A stretch of DNA of 64,000 nt from the NCBI GenBank assembly GCA_963752285.1, contig CAVVXN010000002.1, positions 384,001 through 448,000 of the forward strand, given 5' to 3'. Position numbers and translations under genes: made by a program. This document shows, one piece after another, positions 50,011 to 62,856 of the stretch. This DNA comes from an uncultured Planctomycetota bacterium (lineage in GTDB: Bacteria; Planctomycetota; PLA2; JAEUHO01). The notes below the pieces were generated by a model, which was given only the letters and a program-made list of their open reading frames with translations, made no database searches and was not told the origin of the DNA. Within the stretch, counting starts at the first letter, position 1. Each line of letters starts with the position of its first letter.

Positions 50011-50126
50011 GGCGGTTCTCTCCGAGGAAGCGGGGCATGGTACGGGCGATCGCGGGTCGGGCCAACGACCGCGCGGACCGCCCGGGGCGCGGGCGGGGTC
50101 CCGGAGGCCGTACAATCGGGCGGCCC

Positions 50127-52327
50127 ATGTCGTTTCCCGCCTCCGGCCCGGATCGCGGGCACCTCCTCGAGGACCTGAACCCCTCGCAGCGCGAGGCGGT
50201 GACCCATCACGGCGGCCCCCTCCTGGTCGTCGCGGGGGCGGGGACCGGCAAGACGCGGGTCCTCACCCGGCGCGTGGCCTGGCTCGTCGAGGGCGGGCTC
50301 CCGGGCCGCGCGCTCCTGGCCATCACGTTCACGAACAAGGCGGCCGGGGTCCTTCGCGAGCGCCTGCAGGCCCTCCGGGCGGGCGCCGACGCGTGGGCGG
50401 GGACCTTCCACGCGTTCGCCGCCCACGTCCTCCGGGTGTCCGGGACCGCGATCGGGATCGACCCCGAGTTCACGATCCTCGACCGGGACGACCAGCGTCG
50501 TCTCCTCCGCGACCTGATCCACGACCTCGCCCCGGGAGAGCCCGCGCTCAAGCCCGCGGTGGTGGCCGAGATGATCTCGCTCGGCAAGAACCGTGGGGCG
50601 GGCCCCCGGCCGCTCGACCTCACGTCGCCCTCGCTCGAGGAGGCCTTCGACCGGGTGGTGCGGGCCTACGCCGCGCGCACCCGCGCGGCGAACGTGCTCG
50701 ACTTCGACGACCTCTTGCTCGAGGCGCGTCGCCTGCTCGAGGAGGACGAGGAGGCCGGCGACCGCTATCGCCGTCGCTTCGCGCACGTGCTCGTGGACGA
50801 GTACCAGGACACGAACCCGGTTCAGGCGGAGCTGCTCGGCGCGCTACTCTCGCCCGCGAGGAACCTCACCGTCGTGGGCGACCCGGACCAGAGCATCTAC
50901 CGGTGGCGCGGCGCCGCGGTGCGCAACATCCTCGAGTTCGACCAGGACTTTCCCGGCGCCCGGATCGTGGTGCTCGAGCGCAACTACCGCTCGACCGCGC
51001 GCATCCTCGAGGCCGCCGAGCACGTGATCGCGGAGAACGTCCAGCGTCACGCGAAGCGGCTCTACACAGAACGCGAGCCGGGCGCGCCCCTGCTGGAGAT
51101 CGGGTCGCCGACGGCGGAGCACGAGGCCGACCGCATCGCCGACCTCGTCGAGAGGTGGCGCGGTGAGGGCTTCGGCTACCAGGACATGGCCGTCTTCTAC
51201 CGTGTGAACGCCCTCTCTCGGGCCATCGAGATGGCGTTTCGGATCCGCGACATCCCGTACGTGGTGGTCGCCGGCGTCGAGTTCTTCCAGCGGCGCGAGG
51301 TGAAGGACCTGCTCGCGTACGCGCGGCTCGTCGAGAACCCCGACGACGACGCCGCGTTCGTCCGGGTGGTGAACGCGCCCCGCCGCGGCATCGGGGCGAC
51401 GAGCCTCGCGCGGATGCGCCTCGCGGCGGCCGAGCGCGGGCAGTCCTACACCGCCACCCTCCGGGCCGGGGGCGTGAACCTGCCCAAGCGCGCTCGGGAG
51501 GGCGTGGCCGCCCTCCTCGGCCTGATCGACGCGGTGCGGAAGATGCCCCGCGCCCCGGTCCACCCGATCCTCGCGGCCCTGGCCGAGCGCTCGGGGTACC
51601 GCGCGGCGCTGGAGGCCGACGCGCGACAGGACGACATCTCGACGAGCCGCCTCGCGAACGTCGAGGCCCTCGTCGCGCACGCGCACGCGTACGAGAAGGA
51701 GGCGCCCGAGGGCGACCTCCGCTCGTTCCTCGAGCGCGCGGCGCTCGTCGCCGACCAGGACGCGTACGAGGAAGGAGGGGGGCGCGTATCGCTCATGAGC
51801 GTCCACGCCGCGAAGGGGCTGGAGTTCCCCTGCGTGGTCGTCGCCGGGGCCGAGGACGGGTACTTTCCCCACGCGCGTTCCGAGACGCCCGTCGAGCGCG
51901 AGGAGGAGCGCCGACTGTTCTACGTGGCGATGACCCGCGCCGAGGAGCGCCTCGCCGTGACCCACGCCGCCACGCGCGGCACGTTCCGTGGGTCGGAGCG
52001 CCGGTGGCCCTCGCCCTTCCTCCAGGCCGTGCCGCGGCGCCTCCGGGAGCAGCGGGGGATGGAGTCGTACGCGCTCTTCGGCGACCCCGAGTGGGGCCAA
52101 CGCGCGACGGATCTCCCGCCCGATCCCGGCTACCCTCCCGAGGGAGACGTCGTGCGCGAGGGATCGTTCCCGTTCGCGACGGGCGAGCGCGTGGTCCATC
52201 CCTACTTCGGCGAGGGCGTCCTCACGGACGTGCTCGGGAGCGGCCCGGACGTCCGCGTGACCGTAGAGTTCGACGAGCACGGAAGGAAACAGATGCTCTT
52301 CAAGCACGCCCGCCTGGAGCGCCCCGC

Positions 52328-52331
<4 letters not shown>
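50127..52331 (+). CDS. pcrA: UvrD/PcrA superfamily 1 DNA helicase
   Basis: AGAGTGKT, TFTNKAA, VDEYQDTN, VGDPDQSIY, NYRST, HAAKGLEF, EERRLFYVAMTRA; C-terminal Tudor-like VHPYFGEG. Confidence 0.93.
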
Positions 52332-54394
<2,063 letters not shown>

Positions 54395-54562
54395 GGCACG
54401 GCCCCGCGGTCCCCTCGGTCCCCGCCGGCCGCCCGCGGTCGGACGTTTCGTTGACACCCGCGGCTGCACCTCGCCCCGGCCGCGCCCGTGGCCGATTTGG
54501 CGGATTGGCCCGAACCAGCGGTCCGACAACGGGTTGCGTCGATCCTCCCGGCGGCGCCAGAC

Positions 54563-54577
54563 CGGCACGGGCTTTGT
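54563..54577 (+). promoter_or_regulatory. Candidate sigma-54 -24/-12 promoter CGGCACG-GGCT-TTGT
   Basis: Exact spacing of YGGCACG-N4-TTGC with a C-to-T change at -12; 31 nt before ATG 54609. Confidence 0.5.
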
Positions 54578-54608
54578 TTGCGCCCGGTGCCCCCTTGGAG
54601 GCCCCCGC

Positions 54609-57590
54609 ATGGCCGTGCTCGTGATCCAGGCGCCCGACGGCTCCTCCCGGAGCGTGTTCCTGGAGGATCGCCCGGTCGTAATCGGGAGCGGGCCCGACGC
54701 GGACGTCGCGCTCCCGGGCCCCGACGTCTCGGCGCGGCACGCGCGCCTCCGCCCGCTGGAGGACGGGGGCTTCGTCCTGCGCGACCTCGGGTCGGACGCC
54801 GGGACGCGCGTGGGGGGACGGATCGTCCTCCGCGCGTACCTGGGTCTCGACGACACCTTCGAGGTCGGGGGAACGCGCCTGTCGGTCCGCGAGACCGCGC
54901 CGCCGCCGCGTCGGGCCGGGCCGGTCGTCGGGGGGACGCTCGATCTGAGGCCGGTGGCCGCGCCGTCCGCCGCCCCGCCTGCGACCGACGCGCCCGCGGA
55001 CGTCGAGCCCGCGGCGGCGGAGCCCGCCCCGCGCGGGGCGGCGCCGCGCTCGCTCCTCGACGTGCGCGCCCTCGAGCGGGCTTCGGTCGTGCTCGCGCTG
55101 GGCCTCGCCGCCGTCGCCGCGGTGTTCGCGTTCCTCGTCCCCGCGGCGGCGCACGCCCGGGCGCGGGCCGACGCGCGCCGTGACCTGCGCCAGGTCCTCG
55201 AGAACCTCGACCTCGCGCCCGACACGTTCGAGGTCAGCGCGCGCGCGTACCTGGCGGAGCACGCCGACGGTCCCGAGGCCGCCGAGCTCCAGGCGTACCT
55301 CGCGGCCGTGCGCGCCCGCGAGGCGGAGCGGGCCCGCCGGCAGGCCCGCCTCGTGGGCCTGACGCAGGACCTCTACGGGCTGCCCGAGAGCGAGGTCCGG
55401 GGCGCGTTGATCGACCTCGCGTCGGGGTTGCCGAAGGACGACGACCTCGCGCGGCAGGTGGCCCTCGCGCTCGAGGGCCTCGACCGCCGGCACGAGGCCG
55501 CCCAGGCCGCGGCGCTCGACGCCGTGCTCGGAACCGTTCGCTCCCGCATCGCCGCCGGGGACCCGGCCGGCGCGCTGCGCCGCCTCGCCGCGTTCGAGAA
55601 GGCCTGGCCCGCGGTCTCCTCCGCGGACCGGCCCCGCTACGAGGCGGCGACGGACGAGGCGGTGGCGGCGGTCGAGGCGCTCTCGACGAACGCGATCGCG
55701 GAGGCCGAGAAGACGACCGACCCGGTGGAACGCCGCCGCATCCTCGCCAAGGCCTGGCGGGGGCTCGAGGGCACGCCGCAGGGCGACCGCATCGCCGACG
55801 CGCTGCGGTACACCCGGATGACCGGGCGGCGGACGCCGACGGGGCCGACGCCCTCCACGGCGCCGCCCGGGCCGACCCCCGCGCCTGCCGAGACGCCGGA
55901 GGTCCCGCCCGAGGTCCTCGCGCGGGCGTCGGCCGCCGACGAGCTCGCCCGCCAGCGGCACTGGGCCGCCGCAGGGGACGCGTTCCGGGCGCTCGTCGAG
56001 GAAGCGCCGCCGCGCGGACGGCTCGCCGCCGAGTGGACGAGCCGGGCCGGCGACCTCGCGCGCCTGACCGCGCTCGTGGACGGTCTCGTCGCGCGCGCGG
56101 GGGGGCCCCGCCCGATCCACGCGCGCCTCGGGAGCGCGCACGCCACGGTCACGGCCGCGGACGCCGACGGCGTGACGTTCGCGGTCGGGGCGGAGGCGCG
56201 TCGTCTCGCCTGGCCCGAGATCCCCGACGACGCCCTGCTGCAGGTGCTCGCGCCTCCGCAGCCGACGCCGGCCGACCGCCTCGGCGTCGGCGTGCTCGCG
56301 GCTTCGCTCGGCAAGAAGGACGAGCTCGTGAAGGTCCTGGTCCCGCTCTTCGAGAAGGGAGAGGAGGTCGCCGCGGCGGGCGACCTCGTCGCGCGGTTCC
56401 TCTACGGCCGCGCCCGTCCGCCCGCGGACGGGTACCGCGTCTACAAGGGAGAGATCCTCGACCCGGAGACGTACACCCGTCGGGTCCGGGACGAGCGCGT
56501 CGCCGCGCTCCGGGACACCGCGACGCGGCTCTTCGCGCGGGTCGAGAAGGACCCGGGATTGAAGAAGCTCGAGAAGCTTCGCGCGCTCCGCGCGCAGCTG
56601 GACGAGCGCCGCCGCTACGCCCTCCTCGCGATCTTCGACGAGGTGCACTACCCCTACCCGGCCGACAAGGCCAGTCGCCCGTACCAGGAAGTGCAGAAGG
56701 AGATCGACCGCCGCGTCGCCGCGGCCCGGGAGATCTGGGACGACCCCTTCAAGGTCATGCTGCACCGCAAGGACGCGTTCGGCCGGCTGCTCGACGACTG
56801 GGACCGGACCCTCGGTGAGCTCCGCGCGGAGGGCGACGACGTCTCCGATCTCGAGGCCCGGATGAAGCCGATCTCGGACTACGTGACCGACACGCCGATC
56901 ACGATCCACGAGTTCTGGAAGGACGACGCCGAACGCGCGCTGCTCGCCTACAACCGCTGGGTGATGGACGTCTACAACCCGGCCCGCGTGGCAGAGGCCA
57001 CCGCCGCCGAGCGTGAGCAGACGCGCATCACGAACGAGTACCGGGCCCTGATGGGCTTCACGGCGACCGTCAGGCCGGGTCCGGGTCTCTACGACGCGAT
57101 CGACGAGAAGAACGTCCAGAAGATCCTCGACGAGGGGCGCATCGAGGCCACGCTGCCGCTCTACGCGGTGCGCATCGACGATCGCCTCGTGCGCTCCGCG
57201 CGGGGTCACAGCATCGACATGGACCGGCGCGGCTACTTCGCGCACTACGCGCCGCCCGACCCCGCGACGGGTGCGCCGTCCACCTCGCCCTTCGACCGGA
57301 TCCAGGCGGCGGGCTACGAGGGCGGCGGCGCCTCCGAGAACATCGCGACGGGGCCGTCGAACGGCCAGCAGGCCCACGACATGTGGGTCCACTCGAGCGG
57401 TCACCACCGGAACATCCTGAGCGGCTGGACCGACCAGGGCGTCGGCGTCTCCGGTCGGCTGTGGACGCAGAACTTCGGCGTGGGGGGCGGTGCGCCCCCC
57501 GAGATCCCCGCCGACGCGGAGCGCCCGCCGCCCGGCGACGCGGGCCGTTCCGCGGGCGGCGCTGGCGGGCCGCGGCGTCCTGGCCGATGA
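54609..57590 (+). CDS. Degenerate FHA, TM, helical region and C-terminal CAP (SCP) domain protein
   Basis: SARHARL..DLGS; one TM; ARGHSIDM..GYFAH, ENIA, SSGHHRNIL, WTQNFG. Confidence 0.85.
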   Translation: MAVLVIQAPDGSSRSVFLEDRPVVIGSGPDADVALPGPDVSARHARLRPLEDGGFVLRDLGSDAGTRVGGRIVLRAYLGLDDTFEVGGTRLSVRETAPPPRRAGPVVGGTLDLRPVAAPSAAPPATDAPADVEPAAAEPAPRGAAPRSLLDVRALERASVVLALGLAAVAAVFAFLVPAAAHARARADARRDLRQVLENLDLAPDTFEVSARAYLAEHADGPEAAELQAYLAAVRAREAERARRQARLVGLTQDLYGLPESEVRGALIDLASGLPKDDDLARQVALALEGLDRRHEAAQAAALDAVLGTVRSRIAAGDPAGALRRLAAFEKAWPAVSSADRPRYEAATDEAVAAVEALSTNAIAEAEKTTDPVERRRILAKAWRGLEGTPQGDRIADALRYTRMTGRRTPTGPTPSTAPPGPTPAPAETPEVPPEVLARASAADELARQRHWAAAGDAFRALVEEAPPRGRLAAEWTSRAGDLARLTALVDGLVARAGGPRPIHARLGSAHATVTAADADGVTFAVGAEARRLAWPEIPDDALLQVLAPPQPTPADRLGVGVLAASLGKKDELVKVLVPLFEKGEEVAAAGDLVARFLYGRARPPADGYRVYKGEILDPETYTRRVRDERVAALRDTATRLFARVEKDPGLKKLEKLRALRAQLDERRRYALLAIFDEVHYPYPADKASRPYQEVQKEIDRRVAAAREIWDDPFKVMLHRKDAFGRLLDDWDRTLGELRAEGDDVSDLEARMKPISDYVTDTPITIHEFWKDDAERALLAYNRWVMDVYNPARVAEATAAEREQTRITNEYRALMGFTATVRPGPGLYDAIDEKNVQKILDEGRIEATLPLYAVRIDDRLVRSARGHSIDMDRRGYFAHYAPPDPATGAPSTSPFDRIQAAGYEGGGASENIATGPSNGQQAHDMWVHSSGHHRNILSGWTDQGVGVSGRLWTQNFGVGGGAPPEIPADAERPPPGDAGRSAGGAGGPRRPGR

Positions 57591-57640
57591 TGGGCGGTTT
57601 CCGCCCGACCCGGGCCGACCCACGAACGAGGAAGTGAACG

Positions 57641-59146
57641 GTGCCGAAGCTGTACATCGCCGAAGACGGCGCGACGTCGATCTACGAGATCCTGGAGGAC
57701 GAGGTCCAGGTGGGGCGCGGGGCGGCGAACCAGGTGCAGGTGCGCGACCCTCGGGCGAGCAAGGTGCACGGCGTGATCAAGAAGGTCCACGGCCGCTGGA
57801 AGTACGTGGACCTGGAGAGCAAGAACGGCACGCGCGTGAACGGGCGGTACCGGAACCAGCGATGGCTCCTCGCGGGCGACGCGCTCTCGGTCGGCCAGGC
57901 GACCGTCCGGTTCGACGCGCCCGCGGCGCCCGTCGCGCCGGTCCAGCCCGTCCCGGCGGCGCCCGCCGTCGCGCCGCCCGTGCCGCCCGTCGCGTCTCCG
58001 GCTCCGGTCGCGTTGCCGCCGCCCGTCCCCGCCGCGCGAACCGCGCCCCCGCCCGCCCCGCGGCCGGCGTCCGCGCCGCGCCCGTCCGCCGCGCGCCCGG
58101 CCGCGCCGTCGCGCCGCCCCGCGCCGCCCGCCGCGCCGCCCCCGGCTGCGCCGCCCGCGCCGCGTCCCGCTCCGGTGTCGCGCGCCTCCGGGCCGGTACG
58201 CTCGGGCGCGCCCCGTGCGCGCGCGGCCGCGCGCGGCGGACGCGGCGAGCCCCCGTACGACGAGTACGACGAGCGCCCCGGGCGCGCGCCGGGGCGGTCC
58301 TCGCGCTCGGCGTCGATCTGGATCCTCGGCGGGCTCGGCGCCGCCGCGTTCCTGGTCGTCATGTTCGTGGCGATGAACCCGAGCAAGAGCGTGAACCTCG
58401 AGGTCTGGCAGAAGGCGACCACGATGGTCGAGGACCAACACGACGTCCAGCGCGCGATCGACTATGCGAAGCGGAACGGCGTGAAGGGCGAGGATGGCTA
58501 CTGGCGCATCGAGACGAGCATCCCCAAGTGGGAGAAGATGCTCGAGCTCGAGCAGCGGAACGCCGAGAGCGACAAGGCCGAGGCCTGGCTCCGTCAGAAC
58601 GTCACGGACCACACCATCACGACGGCCTTCACCCCGCCCCGCGAGAAGCAGCTCCCGGACGAGCAGATCGCGAAGAGCCTCGCGTGGTTCTTGAACGAGT
58701 ACCGGGACACCCGGCCCGTCACCGACCTCCTGGGCAAGCCGGGCGAGCCCTGGATGACGTTCAAGCGGCTGCTCCGCGACTTCTCGAGCTCGGACGCCAC
58801 GGCGGCGGACAAGGCCTTCGAGGCGGCGAACGACAAGGCGAGGCACCTCGCCGCGGGCCAGCGGTTCGGCGAGGCCTACGCGGGCCTCGAGCGCGAGGCG
58901 CGGATCCAGGCCCTGCTGCTGAAGCCCGACCTCGCGAAGGCCTTCTCCGAGAAGGTGGACCGCGCGCTGCTCGGTCTCCAGACGGAGGCCGAGTCGGCGT
59001 TCGCACAGGACATGGCGGAGGTGAAGCGACTCGAGGCGGGCGGCCGCATGAACGAGGCGCGAGGCCGTCTGGACGCGATGATCGACCTGTACGGGATCGA
59101 GAGCCTCACGCGACAGGCGCAGGCGGAGCTCGACCGGATCCACTGA
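57641..59146 (+). CDS. FHA, Pro-rich linker, TM and helical extracytoplasmic domain protein
   Basis: VGRG..ASKVH..DLESKNGTRVNG; ~80 aa Pro/Ala linker; TM IWILGGLGAAAFLVVMFVAM. Confidence 0.85.
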   Translation: MPKLYIAEDGATSIYEILEDEVQVGRGAANQVQVRDPRASKVHGVIKKVHGRWKYVDLESKNGTRVNGRYRNQRWLLAGDALSVGQATVRFDAPAAPVAPVQPVPAAPAVAPPVPPVASPAPVALPPPVPAARTAPPPAPRPASAPRPSAARPAAPSRRPAPPAAPPPAAPPAPRPAPVSRASGPVRSGAPRARAAARGGRGEPPYDEYDERPGRAPGRSSRSASIWILGGLGAAAFLVVMFVAMNPSKSVNLEVWQKATTMVEDQHDVQRAIDYAKRNGVKGEDGYWRIETSIPKWEKMLELEQRNAESDKAEAWLRQNVTDHTITTAFTPPREKQLPDEQIAKSLAWFLNEYRDTRPVTDLLGKPGEPWMTFKRLLRDFSSSDATAADKAFEAANDKARHLAAGQRFGEAYAGLEREARIQALLLKPDLAKAFSEKVDRALLGLQTEAESAFAQDMAEVKRLEAGGRMNEARGRLDAMIDLYGIESLTRQAQAELDRIH

Positions 59147-59189
59147 GTCGGGGACCGTACGTCGCGCGGCGAGGCGTGGGCCGCCCATC

Positions 59190-60107
59190 CTACAGGATCG
59201 TCTTCCCCATCGCGCTCGCGACGAGCTCGACGGCGAGGGCGCCGGTCCGGTTCGACACGTCCACGACCGGGTTCAGCTCGACCATGTCGAGCCCGAGTAG
59301 GCGTCCGGTGCGTGCAACCTCCTCGCAGCAGAGATGGGCCTCGCGGTACGTGAGCCCGCCGGGGATCGGCGTCCCGACGCCGGGTGCCACGCTCGGGTCC
59401 ACGCCGTCGAGGTCGAAGGAGAGCCAGACGCCCGCCGTGTCGGTGGTGGCGACGCGGATCGCCTCCTCCACCGCGGCGGCCATCCCCGACCGGTCGATCT
59501 CGGCCATCGTGATCACGCGCACGCCGCTCCGGCGGACGAGGTCGCGCTCGGCGCGGTCCACGTCGCGCACGCCGACGACGGCCACGTGGCGGCCCTCCAC
59601 GGCCGGCGTCTCGCCGGCGAGCGAGGCGAGCTCGGGGATGCCGTAGCCGAGCAGGTGTGCGAGCGGCATCCCGTGGACGTTGCCGCTGGGCGAGGTCTCG
59701 GGCACGTTCATGTCGGTGTGCGCGTCCACCCACACGAGGCCGATCGGCTCGCCCCGCGCGTGGTGGTGGGCGGCCGCGGCGGCCACGCTCCCCATCGCCA
59801 CCGAGTGGTCGCCCCCGAGGCAGACCGGCACCGCGCCCTCCGCCATCGACGCGCCGACCGTCGCCATGAGTCCACGACAGACCGCGGCGATCTGGGGGAG
59901 GTAGCGCGCGTCCGGCCGGCCGACGTCCGTGGACTCCGCGTCGGGCGCCTCGATCGACCCGCGGTCGAGCACGCGCCAGCCGATGTCCGACAGGGCGGCC
60001 CCGAGCCCGGCGATGCGGATCGCGGAGGGGCCCATGTCCACGCCGCGTCGTCCCGCCCCGAGGTCGAGACGCGCCGACACCACCGCGCAGGTCCGGGACG
60101 TGTTCAT
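59190..60107 (-). CDS. rocF: Arginase
   Basis: GVDMGP, GGDHS, DAHTD, SGNVHGMP, SFDLDGVDP, GTPIPGG, VELNP. Confidence 0.93.
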   Translation of the reverse strand: MNTSRTCAVVSARLDLGAGRRGVDMGPSAIRIAGLGAALSDIGWRVLDRGSIEAPDAESTDVGRPDARYLPQIAAVCRGLMATVGASMAEGAVPVCLGGDHSVAMGSVAAAAAHHHARGEPIGLVWVDAHTDMNVPETSPSGNVHGMPLAHLLGYGIPELASLAGETPAVEGRHVAVVGVRDVDRAERDLVRRSGVRVITMAEIDRSGMAAAVEEAIRVATTDTAGVWLSFDLDGVDPSVAPGVGTPIPGGLTYREAHLCCEEVARTGRLLGLDMVELNPVVDVSNRTGALAVELVASAMGKTIL

Positions 60108-60127
60108 GCGCCGATTCTCGCTCCCGC

Positions 60128-61675
60128 TCAGCGGGGTCGCCCGGAAGGTCCGCGCTTGTGCTCCACGAAGCGCCGGATCCGGGCGACGAAACGCCGTCGG
60201 TCCACGTCGAGCCGGGGGTGGAGGCCGAGGTACGCCCGGAGCACGCGCGCCCGGTCGGTCGAGCCGGCGGCGAGGCTCGCGTCGAGCCGCGCGAGGTCGC
60301 GGGCGCGCCGCCGCCAGCCGACGCCCCGCCGGACGACGCGGGCCCCGTCGAGGTCGGTGACCCAGAACGCGGGCGTCGCCCCCGACCCGGCGCGCACGAG
60401 GAGGTTCGGGGCCTTGAGGTCGCGGTGGCGGACGTCCGCGTCGTGGAGACGGCGGAGGAACCTCCCCAGCGCCCGGGCGAGCGCGCGGCGTTCGCCGGGC
60501 GAGAGCCCGTCGAGGCCGGGCCCGTCCGTCGCGTTCGCGAAGCGGTGGAGGTCGGGCGCGTCCACGTGCTCGGAGACGAGCACGCCCGCGCGGTCCGGGC
60601 CCGAGACCGCGAGGAGCGCACGCGGCACCGCGACCCCGCGGTGATCCAGTGCGACGGCCAGGCGGAACGTGCGGATCGACCGTGGCGTTCGCCCCCGCAG
60701 GACGGGCCGCCATCGCTTGAGCACGACCGGGTCGGTGCCCGGGAGGCGCGCGAGGACCACGCGGCCGTCGCCCTTCAGTGCGCGCGCGTCCGCGGGGTCC
60801 GCGGCGGCGATCGTCCCCGCGAGCGCGCGCCACGCCTCGGGCGTCTCGCGGCGCCGTACCGCGCGGCCGCCGCCGGGCGGCGTGAACACCTCGTAGTGCA
60901 GGCCGCTCCGGGTCGCCCGCCGGTCGCGCCGTCGCCGGTACGCGCGCGCGACCTGGCGGGCGCGTCGTTCGACCTCGACGGCGAGCGGCGCCCAGCGGCT
61001 CCGCGGCGCGCCGCCTTCCGCGGCGACGAGGCACGCGAGGAGCGCGCGGAGCCGCTGTGTACGCGACGCCTCGCCGAACACCGCGTGCCGCGCGCGGGCG
61101 AGCGTCCGGAGGAGACGTGCGCGGAGGCGGACGGCCGAGACGCGCGTCGCGCGGTCCACGCGCGCACCTCCCACGTCCACGAGCCAGGGGTCCTCGCCGA
61201 CGAGGCCGAGGTTCTTCCCCGTGAGGTCGCGGTGTTCGAGCCCGACGGCGACCGCGCGACCCAGGAGGTCGCCCACGCGCGCCGCGAGGCGCGGCGGCGC
61301 GTCGCGCCAGGGGGGGAGCGGACGAAGACCCTCCACGGCCTCCGTCGCGAGGAGGTCCGCGCCCTCGTCCGTCCACCCGAGCGCGCGCGGAACGGGGAGG
61401 CCGGCGGCGGCGAGCCGCACGAGGAGCCTCCCCTCGCGCGGGCCCTTCCCGCCGGAGAGCCGCCGGCGGAGGCGGTCGCCCCGCGTGACCGGCCGGCTCC
61501 ACTTGACGACGACCGCCGACGGCGCGCCCTCGGGGCGGCCGCCGACCACGGCGCGCATCGGCCGCGCGCGCGCGAGGGGCGTGAACGGCGGCGGCGCCTC
61601 GGGCCACGTCGCGGCCGTGAAGCCCGACTCGAGCCGGCGTCCCACCGCCTCCCAACCAGGTGCCCACCAATCCAT
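60128..61675 (-). CDS. Tandem Kdo/WaaP-family lipopolysaccharide kinase-like protein
   Basis: Two kinase-like domains, HRDLTGKN..LVD and HRDLKAPN..TDLDG, then RDLARL. Confidence 0.8.
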   Translation of the reverse strand: MDWWAPGWEAVGRRLESGFTAATWPEAPPPFTPLARARPMRAVVGGRPEGAPSAVVVKWSRPVTRGDRLRRRLSGGKGPREGRLLVRLAAAGLPVPRALGWTDEGADLLATEAVEGLRPLPPWRDAPPRLAARVGDLLGRAVAVGLEHRDLTGKNLGLVGEDPWLVDVGGARVDRATRVSAVRLRARLLRTLARARHAVFGEASRTQRLRALLACLVAAEGGAPRSRWAPLAVEVERRARQVARAYRRRRDRRATRSGLHYEVFTPPGGGRAVRRRETPEAWRALAGTIAAADPADARALKGDGRVVLARLPGTDPVVLKRWRPVLRGRTPRSIRTFRLAVALDHRGVAVPRALLAVSGPDRAGVLVSEHVDAPDLHRFANATDGPGLDGLSPGERRALARALGRFLRRLHDADVRHRDLKAPNLLVRAGSGATPAFWVTDLDGARVVRRGVGWRRRARDLARLDASLAAGSTDRARVLRAYLGLHPRLDVDRRRFVARIRRFVEHKRGPSGRPR

Positions 61676-61728
61676 GCGGGGCCGCGTATCCTACCCCCCG
61701 CGGGGGAAGGGAGCCGTAGCCCAAGGCG

Positions 61729-62856
61729 ATGCTCAGGTTCCAGCGCGCGCTCCTGGGGGAGATCGCCTTCATCTTCCTCGGCGTGCTCGGCGTCGTGACG
61801 ACCGTCATCTTCGCCGGGATCACGCTTCGGCTCTTCGCCAAGGGCCAGGGCGCGGGGCTCGACCTCATGCTCGAGCTCCTGCCGAGCATGCTTCCCCTCT
61901 CGCTCTCGTTCAGCATTCCGTTCGCGTGGCTCGCGTCCGTGACGCTCGTGCTCGGGCGCATGGTCGCCGACCACGAGATCATGGCCCTCCGGGCCGCCGG
62001 CCTCCACCTCGGGGTGGTCGCCATGCCCGTGATCGCGGTGGGCGCGATCCTGTCCGTCGTGACGGTGGCCTTGAACGTGTACGAGGTCCCGGAGGCGCAG
62101 CGCGACCTCCGCGCGGGGGTCCGCCGCTACCTCCCCGTGTTCCTGACCTCGCTTCGGAACGTGGACCGGACCGTCGCCTTGAACAACGGCCGCTTCTCGT
62201 TTTCCAGGTACCGCGACGGGGCGTTCTGGGACGTGGAGCTCGACCGCCGGCGCGGCGACGGGCAGCTCGAGATCAAGGTGCTCGCCCACAAGGTCACGAT
62301 CAGCAGCCTCGCCGAGGGCGAGGGCCAGGACGCCCTCGAGTTCCTCTTCGAGGACGCCACGGTGCTCCGTGCCACGTCGAGCGGGGAGACCCAGGTGGAC
62401 GTGCAGAACGTGTGCACGCTCCAGATGGGGCAGGTCGAACGCGTCGGCGCGAGCGTGCTCTTCAACGAGTTCTTCGGGACGCGACGATTCCTCGAGCGGC
62501 CGCGCGACATGGACCTCCCCGAGCTCGCGTACGCCGAGGCGCAGGGCGGCGTGTGGCGGGGCTCGTTGCACCGCATTCGCAAGGCCTACCACGGACGGCT
62601 CGCGGTCGGCCTCGCGCCGTTCGTCCTCGGCCTCTTCGCCATCGCGATGGCCCTGCTCCTGCCTCCAACCGGCCGGCGCGTGCGCGACTTCCTGCTCTGC
62701 TTCCTGCCGCCCGTGCTCCTGTACTTCCCGGTCTACCTCGCGGCGTACTCGACCGGCGGCATCGGCCCGATGTCGGAGTGGGTGGCGATGTGGTCGGCCG
62801 ACCTGCTGCTCGGCGCCCTGGGGCTCGGTCTCCTCGTCGCGGCGTTCCGGCGATGA
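61729..62856 (+). CDS. lptF: LptF/LptG family LPS export permease
   Basis: 3+3 TM layout; GRMVADHEIMALRAAG; tandem with the next permease. Confidence 0.82.
   Translation: MLRFQRALLGEIAFIFLGVLGVVTTVIFAGITLRLFAKGQGAGLDLMLELLPSMLPLSLSFSIPFAWLASVTLVLGRMVADHEIMALRAAGLHLGVVAMPVIAVGAILSVVTVALNVYEVPEAQRDLRAGVRRYLPVFLTSLRNVDRTVALNNGRFSFSRYRDGAFWDVELDRRRGDGQLEIKVLAHKVTISSLAEGEGQDALEFLFEDATVLRATSSGETQVDVQNVCTLQMGQVERVGASVLFNEFFGTRRFLERPRDMDLPELAYAEAQGGVWRGSLHRIRKAYHGRLAVGLAPFVLGLFAIAMALLLPPTGRRVRDFLLCFLPPVLLYFPVYLAAYSTGGIGPMSEWVAMWSADLLLGALGLGLLVAAFRR

Noticed and set aside
57920..58240. Low-complexity GC repeats
   Set aside because: They simply encode the Pro/Ala linker of the FHA protein.
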